In this document: piece by piece, positions 52,628 through 64,000 of the stretch | How positions within the stretch are numbered: position 1 is the first letter of the stretch | Layout: each line of letters opens with the position of its first letter | DNA from: Blasia pusilla | Taxonomy: Eukaryota | NCBI GenBank assembly: GCA_050084515.1 | Contig: CM114271.1 | Location: forward strand, 13,764,001-13,828,000 | DNA: 64,000 nt | Direction of reading: 5' to 3' | Translations under genes and position numbers: made by a program | The notes under the pieces: model-generated | Seen by the model: only the letters and a program-made list of their open reading frames with translations | The model's database searches: none | What the model was told of the DNA's origin: nothing

Positions 52628-53378
52628 TGTCGTGCGAATCCACATTGTCATACAACATACATCGCTGACATACCATACTCACATACATACATAACATAGA
52701 CGAGAGCATCCACAAACACAAGTGTACCACGACTGAAATCCATGGAAGACCTTATGTCATAAACACATATAGAATCACATACAATCGAGCCAAATCCACT
52801 CCACGATGAGAGAATCAAGGTCTAAGCTTGCGGGAACTACCATAGCCAAGAGCTCTACTCACTACCAAGGCTAACTCCCAACGCAACATGCTCAACTCAA
52901 AGAACTAACAGTTCTTTGAGTGCACTCCACACTATATCCTCCAACCTAAGAGCGGGCCCTACTGGAAAAGTCACCCTCAACTGAGTAACCCCCAACCCTA
53001 TGTATGAAACCGCATCTCTACCTAGACACTACGACCCTACATAAGGTATGGCCTCTACTAGCACACTATACTCTACGACATAATCCATATGGTCATGACA
53101 ACTGTCGTGCGAATCCACATCATACAACATACATCGCTGACATACCATACTCACATACATACATAACATAGACGAGAGCATCCACAAACACAAGTGTACC
53201 ACAACTCGCCCCCCTAATTGGTGGTTAGGTCCCTCTAACTCCCATGTAGCCCTATAGATCTACTACATGCTATACACTTTCGTAGGTCCACGAATCAGAA
53301 GGCTGTGTGCTAGGTTGCCCAATCGCTAGTCGCACATCTGTAATCCATATCATGCAAAGATCAAGTCATCTACCTCTT

Positions 53379-54989
53379 CTACGTACATCGAGGACAAACC
53401 CACCTTCTAGTAGGAACAAAATCCATACGTGGAGTCAAACACATCATGTGCCAACCCCTAGAACATCGATCACACACCAACATACGGGCTACGTTACCAG
53501 CACACCCACACAACATACACCTCAAGCTAGCACGTATCATGGCTAAGCTTGGGTCAACAGTACCATCCACATTTGGAAGATGACATGACGCACAATTACG
53601 CACATGGTCCTTCCAAACAACTCCATCACGACCCTCCAACATGAGAACTCCAGAAGCTAACACCTCGCGCACTCGTAAAATAGTGAGGCCTGTTGTCACA
53701 TCCAACGTTGTCAGTGCAATCTGCTGCAAATAGACATAGTCCCCCACATGGAACCTACAAATCGATGGTCGATAACCTCCAACCCGAATGGTTGCATATC
53801 CCAACGTATCCCCGTGTTCAGCAATGGCAAGATTCTCAAAGGTTGTTGGCATAACTCTTCGAAAGAGCTCTGCCCATTGAGAACACACTCTCATCAACAT
53901 CTCTGGGTCGTCAAGGTTCACCACCTCACTAGACTCCTAACGAATTGCTGCTGGCAAGTCTGGATCTTGGCCGTATAACAGAAAATAAGGTGAGAAGGAA
54001 GCCAAGGATGCTTGGCAACTGAACCTATACCCCATGGCTAACCATGGCAACTCAATATCCTAGTCTCCAAGATGCCCCTTCTATAGGCCATACTTGCGCA
54101 ATGCCCTCTTCACCATCTGAACCACACGTTGAGCCAAACCATCCGCCTCTGGATGATCTCGAGACGTGGTCCGATGATCAATCAACGTCTTGTCACACAA
54201 GACCTGAAACTCACCCTGAAACTCTGTACCCTGGTCGGTCAGCACTTCACCTTGTGCACCAAAATGACTAAGCACTCTAGCAAGAAATGCATACGCCGTT
54301 CCCTCACTTGCCTTTCCAGGTAATGCCACCAACTCAATCCACTTGGAGAAGTTCTCCCCCATCACCAACACATATCGATAATGTCGTACAGTCAACGGTA
54401 ACGGTCCCGCAAAGTCCACACTCCAATGGTAACCCAACTCCATAATAGGCAAGGGGTGTAACTGTGGTGTAGGGGCATTGAATGATGCCCTCACCCGGTC
54501 ACAAACCATACAACGTGACACCAACTGCTACAACCTGAGTAAGCATGCCACGCCACCAATATTGACCAAGGAGTAAGCTGTACATACGTTTTACCCAAAA
54601 ATGTCCCAACTCCTCATGGGCATGTCGCACAATGCGCTCTCTCTGAGCCAAATGCGACACCTCTGAGCCAAATGCGACACTACTCATACTCTACTATCCT
54701 CCCACACACGGAGAATATGTGTTCCCTCCAATCGATACCTCTTAGCACATTGAAGAACACGATCTCGCTCCTTGGCACTCACTATGTCTGGCACCCTACT
54801 GGTCCGTAGGAACTCCAACACCAACGCATCATCATGAATATCACGCAAATCCGTACCACCATCTCCAACCTTCGAATCTGAAGGCTGGCCATCTACCCTC
54901 TGACTAGAGTAAGATGTCATGTGGTCCTCCATACTAGAGTCCACCCCTAACCAACATAAAAAGGCAAATGCATGCCAACCTGACACCAT
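53379..54989 (-). pseudogene. Integrase with C-terminal PHD finger
   Basis: SVDFAGPLP, TDQGTEF; CMLC-x9-CDRC-x4-H-x2-C-x14-CPRC. Confidence 0.9.
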
Positions 54990-54992
54990 CTC

Positions 54993-56500
54993 CTAATCAA
55001 CCTTGTCATGCCATCTAGTCCCAGTTGCATCCTCTTGGCTACTACATGGGTTCCTACTGAACCCATCAGCATCAAGGTTGGCAACTCCATGTCTATGTAC
55101 CACCTGGAAGTCATACTCCTGTAAGATAAGAGCCCACCGTGCAAGCTTCCCTGTAAGCTTGTCAGACTCCATCAACCACTTGAGCGGTTGATGATCACTA
55201 ACAAGGATAAACTGTGTGCCAAACAAGTAACACCTAAAGTGTGCCACAACCCACACTACTGCCAAGCACTCTCCCTCATATGAACTATAGCGCGACTCCG
55301 CTGCATTATTCAAACGACTTGCATAGGCCTCCACGAACTCCATGTGCTCATCATCATGTTGTGTCAACACCGCTCCAAGTCCCAACCTACTCCAATCAGT
55401 GTGTAACTGAAATGGGCGCCCTCTGATAGGTCTCCTCAAGATAGGCGTCATCACCAACTGGGCCTTGAGCTCCACAAAAGCTATCTCCTGATCATCTCCC
55501 CAGTGCCACTCCTGGTCTGATTTCAACAATTGGTTCAAAGGCTTTGCCATAGCACTAAATCCCTTCACATACCTCCGATAGTAGTTCGCCAATCCCATGA
55601 ATGCCCAAACTCTACTCACATCTACCGGACGAGGAATAAGTGCAGTAGCCTCCACCTTTGCTTGCTGAACTCCCAAACCATCTGGATAGATCACATTACC
55701 CAAGTACTCAACATCCTCATGGAAGACCTTACACTTTCCTGGATGTATACATAGACCATGAGCTTTCAACCGCTCAAACAATATCTGTAAATGTATCTGA
55801 TGCTCCTCCACCGTGTTTCTGAACACCAAGATATCATCAATGTAACATCGAACAAAATCCAACCTTGTTAGGATCCTGTCCATCACTCTCTAAAACTCGG
55901 AAGGTGCATTCTTCAACCCAAAGGGTAAGAATTTCCACTAGAACAAACAATCCTTGCCATGAGAGTTGACACCCCAAAATGTTGTCTTACCCTTGTCACT
56001 CTCTCGAATTGGCAACTGATGGTATCTTGCCCGAAGATCCAAAGTACTGAAAATCTTTGCCTCTCCCACCACATCAAAGATCTCCTCAGGTGTAGGCATG
56101 GCATACCTATCAGCCTTGGTGTGCCGATCGATAGGATGGTAATCTCCACACATCCGCCTATTCGTGTAGTTGCCATGCACATCCTTTTTAGCATGCATGA
56201 CAGTGGCTGATGCATACTCTCCATGCGACAACTCCACTAATCTAGCTTCCAAAATGTCCAACGTCCTTCTCTGAATTAGGTCCCTCTCCATAGTACTATA
56301 TCGGTAGGGACGATGAAAGATTGGCATATCACTAGCCAAATCAATCCGTATACCGGGTCCAACCAAAGCACCCAACTCCTTCATGCTAAAGGAAAAACAA
56401 CTCCTATAAGTACGTAGAAACTGTGTCAAGCGTCGTTTCTCACCTCCCGTAAGCTTGGGCCCAAGTAATGGCTCCCAAGTCTCCTCCACTGGCACACTAG
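54993..56500 (-). pseudogene. Reverse transcriptase and RNase H
   Basis: RMCGDYH, CYIDDILVF, LHTDWS, YEGECLAVVW. Confidence 0.92.
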
Positions 56501-56666
56501 AGGAAGAGGACGACGCCATTGGCTTCTTCGCAACCCCCTTACAAGATGGTATCACAAGGGGTGGAAGACCCAGAGACATAGTCTAAAGTCGACGCCGCTT
56601 GGCCATACCAAGACTCAAAATCCAGGTCAAACAATTCAGGTCCATGGCCTGACCCAACACATGACG

Positions 56667-57289
56667 TTTTTGGTTTGTTACTTCCCCAATGAGAGTGGAT
56701 TACCCTTCTTGGGAGAATAACTTCGCCAAAACCCCTTCTTGAGGAGAGTAGAGAATGTCTGTCAAGCATGGATAGGGGTGGAGCATGAGTGGTACCCGAC
56801 TTTCCTTTCCTTAATCCATACCATGTCAAGATACTCTTTGTAGATAGGCACTGGTTCACTCGCAATTTAGTTTATCATTTTGGGGAGGCGTTCATGAACC
56901 AGGTCATTCAATCTCCAACTTCGGTGATCCTTCCTATCGTCACATATGGAAGGACATGGGATTGTATTTTGTATGTCCTTATATAGCGATCCATGGACGT
57001 CAATAGGCCTGCTCAAGTAGGATTTAATACTAGTTGTGTTATCTTCCTCGTATACAAGCGTAAAATAGTTTATAGGGATTTTGTAGTTAGAAATTTTGGG
57101 GTCCAATGTTACAAAGAAGTGATCGCCTCGGCACTTCCATTTGTGATACCTGTCGTGAGAGAATGGAGAGTATACATAATAATTTTATATTGAAAAAGGA
57201 GATCTTCTCAGAGAATTCATCTTGCATCGACCGTGTCTGCCGCAGCTAGAAGGCCTGCCCTTACTCAAAGAAAGGCTCTCGACACGACA
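56667..57289 (+). mobile_element. Truncated family C LTR inserted into the DNMT C-terminus
   Basis: Reverse complement of ~1659-2281. Ends CGACACGACA at 57289. A short deletion of the host element lies at the other junction. Confidence 0.85.
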
Positions 57290-58100
57290 ACGCTCTCTCT
57301 TATCAGTGTTAGGCTCCACCAACTGTCGCACTTGAGAATCCCAAACAAGCGCGGGACCACCTTCCCTGTAGGCATGTGACGAGGGAAAACTCACAAATGT
57401 GGGTAGTGCCATCCTAGGCTGGCCCACACAGTTCACCACTGCCATGGGTGACCGATCAATAACCCTCACCACCTGAGAAAGTCGCCAAGTATCCAAGATA
57501 CTATCCACTGTAAGGCAAGGATCCCGATGCACTGCATCATATGCTCGACGTAGAACCTCCCTAGGGAACAAGTTTGTCCACCACAAGCGTGGACGATGTG
57601 CACGCGAGCCAACTCGCGCTGCATCCAACAACACCGCTAGTCCAATCCAAGACTGCACCTCATGAACACTCGCCATCATCCGCGTCCGAGTGTCATCCAA
57701 CAATGGAACATTCTCCAGAATGTAAGCTGGAGCATGTGCCTGATGAACCTGAAGATGTTGTAACATCTGTAATATCTCCCAAAACAATCGAGACCTAGGG
57801 TCGTGGAATCCCTCACCACGACCAGCACGTGTATGACCCAGACATGGCCATCCAGCAATCACAAAATCCACAGGACCAACCCTCTCAAGGTCCTGCGCCC
57901 CCAACAATGCAATGTGTGATAGCAAAGCACGCAAGTACCCACGAATAGCTGATGGCGGTAACAACTCATGATATTTCTGCATCAATTGACCAATATGTCG
58001 GGATGAGACTCTCTGGGCCGTCTCATCTCGCTCCACAGCCAAACTAGTGCTAATCCCACCAAAGAGATCTAACACACAAATGCCCTCCGGCGGATAGTGC
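57290..58100 (-). pseudogene. DNMT3-like C5 cytosine methyltransferase domain (most complete copy)
   Basis: ICVLDLFGGIST (motif I), DFVIAGWPC (IV), YILENVP (VI), AHRPRLWWTNL (VIII). Motif X remnant at ~56640-56667. Confidence 0.92.
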
Positions 58101-58449
58101 CAATACAATGGGTGTAGTATCCAAAGGGGATAGCCCAACTAGACCAGAAGTAGGAGTCCGGCCTGGGGCCTCCTCTTCCTGGTGAGGTATAACAGCCTCA
58201 TACCAAGCCTCTTGCACTAGGCGATCACCCTCCTGCCGTAGTGCACTGCCCGAACTCCAAAGTGGCACATCCAACGATGAGGATACCACTGCTGCAAAAC
58301 CAGGGACCTCCTCTACCTCCTCATGCACAGTAGAATCCATGGCAGAAAGGTTACCCTCCAAAAAGTCTCTTGGCCAAGTGACTACTCCACAAAAACCAGC
58401 CACAGATGCTAACACTGTTGGGGAAGACCCTCCTGGTCGAACCCCATAA

Positions 58450-58859
58450 ATAAATCTCATAGGAACCTGGCTCATACGTCCATCCATGGACTGCCAACCA
58501 GGTCTATAAGACGCTGTCTCAGTCCAATAGTCCATCTGAAAACCCATCGGGTACAATACTGCTCCTCCAACTAGTACATCATACGACTTGGCTGATGTGA
58601 CCACAACAGGTACTACCAACCGGGAGCTATCAGTCGCATGATCTGCTCTCAACTGTACAGAAAAATTATCTCGTGTCATGAATTGAGACCTATCATTGGC
58701 TCCTCCAAGTGATGTTTGAATCTGGAATGGGCAAGGCTCAAGCTCTGACCTCCGAATACCCAAACCAATACATGCCGCCTTTCCCAACATCAAACGTTGG
58801 GCACCAGAGTCTAACAAGACTCTATGTGGTCTATACACATATCTTGTAGGACTCACCAA
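58450..58859 (-). pseudogene. Aspartic protease
   Basis: RVLLDSGAQ ... YDVLVGG. Confidence 0.85.
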
Positions 58860-59512
58860 TCAGAATATCCCACTCCGGTTGTCCAACATACATACACTAG
58901 GTGTAAGCCTCTCACGATTAATGGTTGGCCGGGCTGGTAATGCATCCATCTTCGCCGCTGCTGCCTGCCAAGTAGCACTGGTACTCAATGCTACACTTGA
59001 CATAGAGGGTTGCTCCACCGCAACACTCTAATCTACCTCAGCACGTGTAGCAATAACACCCCCACATTCACACAATGTGGCTGCTAGCTGAAATACAAGA
59101 GCTAAGTCAACTCCTAAAGCCATCAGCTCCGTGGCCGAAAACAATGGGGATCCCAATACTGAAGTTGCCATCCACAATATTGCACTGGATCTACTACACG
59201 CGATGTAGATGCCTCAGTCCCCACTGTCGGCTTAATAGGCTGCGTAGGAACCATGGATGGAGTCCTAAGCACCTCAGAAAACAAGAATGACTGGGGAAGC
59301 CTAGCCTGCCTTCCAGCCTCACCCCTATGTGGGTCCAACTCCACAGTAGCACCACGTGGCTCTGACGCTCGAGTGGCTCCTCTTGTAACTGTAGCTGATG
59401 CCTCAACCTGTGCTGCACTCGCCATATAAGAGAGATCATCCCCTCCATAAGAGGTGGAAGCCCCTACTCCCGAACCTGATCTATGCTGGATACCAACCAT
59501 AGTAGCCAACTT

Positions 59513-60448
59513 TTACTCCAACTGCTCAATCCTGGCAGCCATAGCTGACTCTGTTGTAGTGGTAGGGGTAGCCACCGTAAGCTCTCCAACCACTGGTCCA
59601 CCTCTACCACCCCTACCACCTCTACCACCTCGGCCTCTCGGAGCTACTCCACCACGGCCGCGGCCTGATCTCAACTCTGGATGAAGATCAAAGCAACGCT
59701 CTCGAGGATGACCTGGTCTCCCGCAATGATCACACTGAGTTGGGGCCGACTGAGGCCCATCCTCCAAAGTCCGTCTCCCATCCTCTTGGGGACAAAACCT
59801 CCTAACATGATCAGCTCCACATGTCCAACATGACTGTCCTTGTTGCGGGGCAGCAAATGAAGGCAATGGTCTCTACGCAAGTGTCCCTCTAGGACCTGAT
59901 TGAGGTCGTGTGTACCCCCCACGACTCCCACTACTACTACCACCACCACTACTACGAGACTGTGGGGTGGATTGCTGAACACGAGAAGTAGTAGTTGTAT
60001 ACCTATTGAATGCGGATGTCACCACTCTCTCCGCCACCATGTTAAGCTTAATCTTCTAAGATAGAGCAAACACATGGGTCAATGTGGGTGAATCATCACT
60101 CATAAGAGTAGCATCACGTACCCTGCGGTGCAACTCTCTGTCCAAGATCCCATACCAAAACTGGACTCCGTGAGCCTCAGTCACACCCTGGGTAACTGAA
60201 ATCAAGCGTCGCATACGAGTGTATGCCTCACGAAGACTCTCACCAGTCTTTCGCTCAAATTCCTGAAGACTCCTCAACTTCTCTGTCTTCACTCCCTGAT
60301 AGTTCTTCTTCAACCTCTTGAAGAACTCTGCAATCGGGCTGAACAATGGTGGGGCACTAGTACCTCCACTAGTACCCCCACTGGTACCTCCATTGGTACC
60401 CCCACTCCGGCTCGTACTTGTACCACTCAACATCAGGCTGGCTGGCAT
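59513..60448 (-). pseudogene. gag with two CCHC zinc knuckles and an RGG tract
   Basis: CWTCGADHVRRFC, CDHCGRPGHPRERC, RGGRGGRGG; capsid-like FERKTGESLREAYTRM. Confidence 0.85.
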
Positions 60449-63129
60449 AGTAGGTCATGGATGCATTTACAGATTATAGTGACACAGTGGTGTGAAGTGT
60501 AGAGAGCACTCAGCTATCGATATGGCTTTGTGCGGTGTGCCTACAGCAGCGCTTGGACATCTTAATTAGGGATTTGTTAAGACATGGGGTAGGGAGCTTC
60601 GTGTGCTTTCACAAGAGATTGACTCCCCTAATTTCTCTAGCATTTTCAAATTCTTGGGAGGATGCCCACAAAAAATCATCAACGTCACGGCACGTGAACT
60701 TCCTCAAATTTCATCATCGATGTGTTAGGGCACACATGCTAGTACCAATCAAGTTGAGCGACTTACATGGATTCCTTTTCTGTCTTTATTTCTTTCTTCC
60801 TCACTACTACCTAATAGTCACATCTCTTGTCGATGAAGGTCTATTATCTCTTTATTTCTCCCTCATTCTCCCTTATTTATGAATGCTCAGCTTATATGTT
60901 GTCAAAGGCAGTAAGAGTAAGTGTGATTGGTCCGTGATTACTTGCTCATCATTGATTAATTCTTGCTTAATCCTGAGTGAATGAGTGAATGACTTATGAA
61001 TTCCGCATGGCAACCCGTGTGTCATTGGTCTGTGATTGGTTATTGGTTAGGTGTTTTCTGCCATCAACTTGTTACTCTCACATCAGATTCGGCGGTTGCA
61101 TGTTAGGAGCTACGATTATGCTTTGAAACACAAAGGTAGGATAGGAGAGTGGAATTCATCAGAATCCAAACCTTGGGAGATGAACACTTGGTGGAAAATA
61201 CAAAAAAATGAGAGGGGTTAATCAAACCTTCAATGCAGCACTCTTGTATTAGGATTCAGTGTCTCGCATGTATTTTGGTGTTGATGCATCAGTTGAGTTA
61301 CATCTCTTGCCATATTCCACATGTAGAAAATGTGGAGCACAGCACCACATGGTATGTGGTTATCCCTACACTTGTATTGCCATTTCAGTTTGTCACCTGC
61401 AATATGCGATCAAATAAATTTTCAAATCATGTTCTATTTTGGTTCCTTTAATCGAGTGAGTGGTCCTCAAGGTAGCATCGCGGCTTTGATCGAGCCCACA
61501 TTCCACGGCTACCCGTTAGTTGCCACTCGCTCATGTGCACCCAAGATCCCATTTTAATCGTCCGACACCTACCCCTACCTTTTTCTTTTCCTCCATCACG
61601 CAACACGTCCTCTCGGTATTGCTTTACTGTTTCAATGTATAGCTTATTGCTCGGCCAAGTGGTCTCCCTAAGGTAAGTGCTTCAAAATTTCTTCATAGTC
61701 TGGGCAATAGTGAATGGCTCACTTACTCAAAGTCACAACATTAGTAAATGCCTCACTTACGATGTCATCCTTGAAGAGTTAGCCACGGGACATAATGATG
61801 TAGCACACAAAGTCAGGACCTATGCAGTAGATTCCACACCTTCAAACCCTCATTCTCAAGTTGGGCTCCCAAATTCTCCGCACCCTTATTGAGGAAGAGA
61901 AGTATCTCTCTTAGTATCTCTGTCATTGAGATCCAACGTACATCACTAAGACATTGCCACCTCTTTCACAATTGATTCAAAGCTCCCAGAGCCTCACTAA
62001 TGCGTTCGTCTCAATAAATGTCAATTTTTTTTACTTCCATCAGGGGAGTGAGAGCGTGAGCAGCATCTCAACTCTGCAAGTCTATAAACATGCAAGAGGA
62101 AGGCCAAAAGCTATAGTGATTTTGTTGGTTATGTAGCCACCAACAAGAGATCAAACTTTTGTTGCACTTCACTATGGAATTTTTAGCTTCTGAAGGTTGG
62201 TTAAGTCCGCTCATTAAGTGATGGCTTTGGTTGCAGTTCTCTATCGCGCGCATGTGACAACAAAATTTGGGATTCTATTTGGTATAGTTGCATCTTTATG
62301 TAGCTTTAATTTTCTTCACACAACTCCAACTTTGTAGGATCTAGCCTTGTTCTTTTGGCTCATATCTCATCTTCATATATATCCAAAATTTCTTTGATAG
62401 TTGATGAAAATACTAGAAAACGATAGATCATAGGTGGAGATCTAAATAGCATACTTCACAAGAAGTATTGCAAGCACCTATTTGTTATTTGCCAAGTTGA
62501 ACTAGGTTGGTCATCCACTTCTATTGCATACTTGGATGCACTCTTCAACCTATAATCCATGATCATTGTCATTTGCCTAATTCAATTGATGCAATAGTTA
62601 AGTGCAAGAATCTCATTTCCAAACTATGGTACCTCTTTGTGAAACTATTCTAGTCTACTTGTTATTATACACCAATAACTATGTTTTCTTTTTTAGCATT
62701 GTGTGTAGGAGTGGATCCATATTGGCTAGACATAGGACTTTTGAATATCAACAACTTTGCATCAAGTACTTTTCTTGAACTACAACCCATGTGTTAATTC
62801 TTTTAAGTAGACACTATGTATGCTTGGACCCATATTTAGTTTTAAACCCCCACTACAAGATGAGAGTAGATGTGAATAACAATGAAATTCAACACCATAA
62901 ATTGTATACCTGTTGGAGCTTGTTAGTGAATTGTGAGAGACAAACATTGTTTGTTTTATCATCCTTAGTTGCTAACAATAACATGTAATATCTAAAGGTT
63001 GTCCGTACTACTAGTAAAGCTTTTTCATCACAAAGTCACAGACCTCTTGTGTATGTAGTAATGTCTAAGTTATTACATAAACACGCACGATCCCATGCTT
63101 ACTCATGGCATTCAAACAACCAGACGAGA

Positions 63130-63430
63130 AGTACCTAAATATCTCCAATTGCCCCCATAGTTGATGGTTAGGTCCCTCTAACTCTAGATAGCCATCTATC
63201 CCTACCTACCATCATATATATCTCTTGGACGCTAAGAGCAAAAAGATCAGGTGCTCATGTGGCCCCATCGTCTTCTTTTCATCCATGTCACAGACACAAG
63301 TCAAAATTTAGAACTACGTATTCTATGTACATGTGGAACACATCCATTGTCCCTGAGGAACCCTAGTGAGAGGTGGCGTCCAACATGCCATATGTCATCC
63401 TCTCGAACATCCGTCACAGACTAGCATTGT
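63130..63430 (-). mobile_element. Family B 3' fragment (PHD end, 3' UTR, PPT)
   Basis: Similar to 17560-17845. Confidence 0.7.
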
Positions 63431-64000
63431 TGTCGCGACCCTCATGACCAAACAAGTGCCAAGCGGAACATCGGAACATTAGCGGGCTCACGCTAAGATG
63501 GTTTGCGCGTTGGAGTTGTCTCAAAGAGGAGACAAGAGACGAGACGCGAGCGAGGAGTCGCGTTTTAGATGTTATGGTCGCGACTGAGAAACCTGGCCCA
63601 AACGCGGAATGAGACTTGAAGAAGTCGAGTCTAGGAAGTGGGTTGCCAACGGAAAGATCCGGATTTGGAACGCCACTAGCGTTTGAGAGTTTCCGATTGT
63701 ATTTATGACCATAACTTTTAGCGCCAAGATGCGTTTAGAGAAAATAAGGGTGCGTTGGAAAGCTTATAGAGAGCCGGTCCAAACGCACCAAAGATCGCTG
63801 CAATCGCATAAGCAGCGGCCGAGATACAACCCGAAAACGACTGTAAGTGGAGTCGGGTTGAGGGCCACAATGAAGGGTCCGACCCTCTTTTCCCAAAGGG
63901 GAGGGGTTATTGGAGAACCCCAGAAGTACTAGTAAGGGGGAAGGTCTCCGAGAGTGCTTGGAACCCAAACCCCACTTTGGGCGCCGCGGGGCGGCTCAAG
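63431..64000 (+). mobile_element. LTR related to family D, running off the window end
   Basis: Starts TGTCGCGACC; similar to the reverse complement of 17558-17150. Confidence 0.7.

Larger units (their letters stand above)
52628..60460 (-). mobile_element. DNMT/PHD Gypsy-like retrotransposon, family A copy 2 (gag-PR-DNMT-RT-RH-IN-PHD), 5' terminus not found
   Basis: B2 52628-52734, A 52734-53100, B1 53103-53206, PPT 53209-53215. Pol ORF fragments 53379..58859. Confidence 0.92.

Noticed and set aside
61650-62900. Possible decayed LRR or resistance-gene remnant on the minus strand
   Set aside because: Only vague Leu spacing among many stops; cannot be supported without a search.

Overview
Repeat-rich eukaryotic nuclear DNA, most likely from a non-seed land plant such as a bryophyte (inferred from the plant-type LIG1 and Psb27 sequences and the TE types). 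It holds one intact host gene, an 18-exon DNA ligase I on the minus strand (28161-35092). The rest is mostly nested, decayed transposons. The main result is a Ty3/Gypsy-type retrotransposon lineage present as several copies in at least two diverged subfamilies. (i) It carries a DNMT3-like C5 cytosine methyltransferase between protease and RT. (ii) Its DDE integrase ends in a PHD finger. (iii) Its termini are not two identical LTRs but split direct repeats, A...PPT-B-A-B, bounded by a 4-bp TSD, an arrangement known from tyrosine-recombinase PAT/Ngaro elements. (iv) It appears to self-prime reverse transcription. Also present: a Psb27 fragment fused to a retroelement 3' end, two CRE-like non-LTR 3' fragments, a decayed P-element-like transposase, solo LTRs and a CACTA end. 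All coordinates were read by eye; no searches were run.
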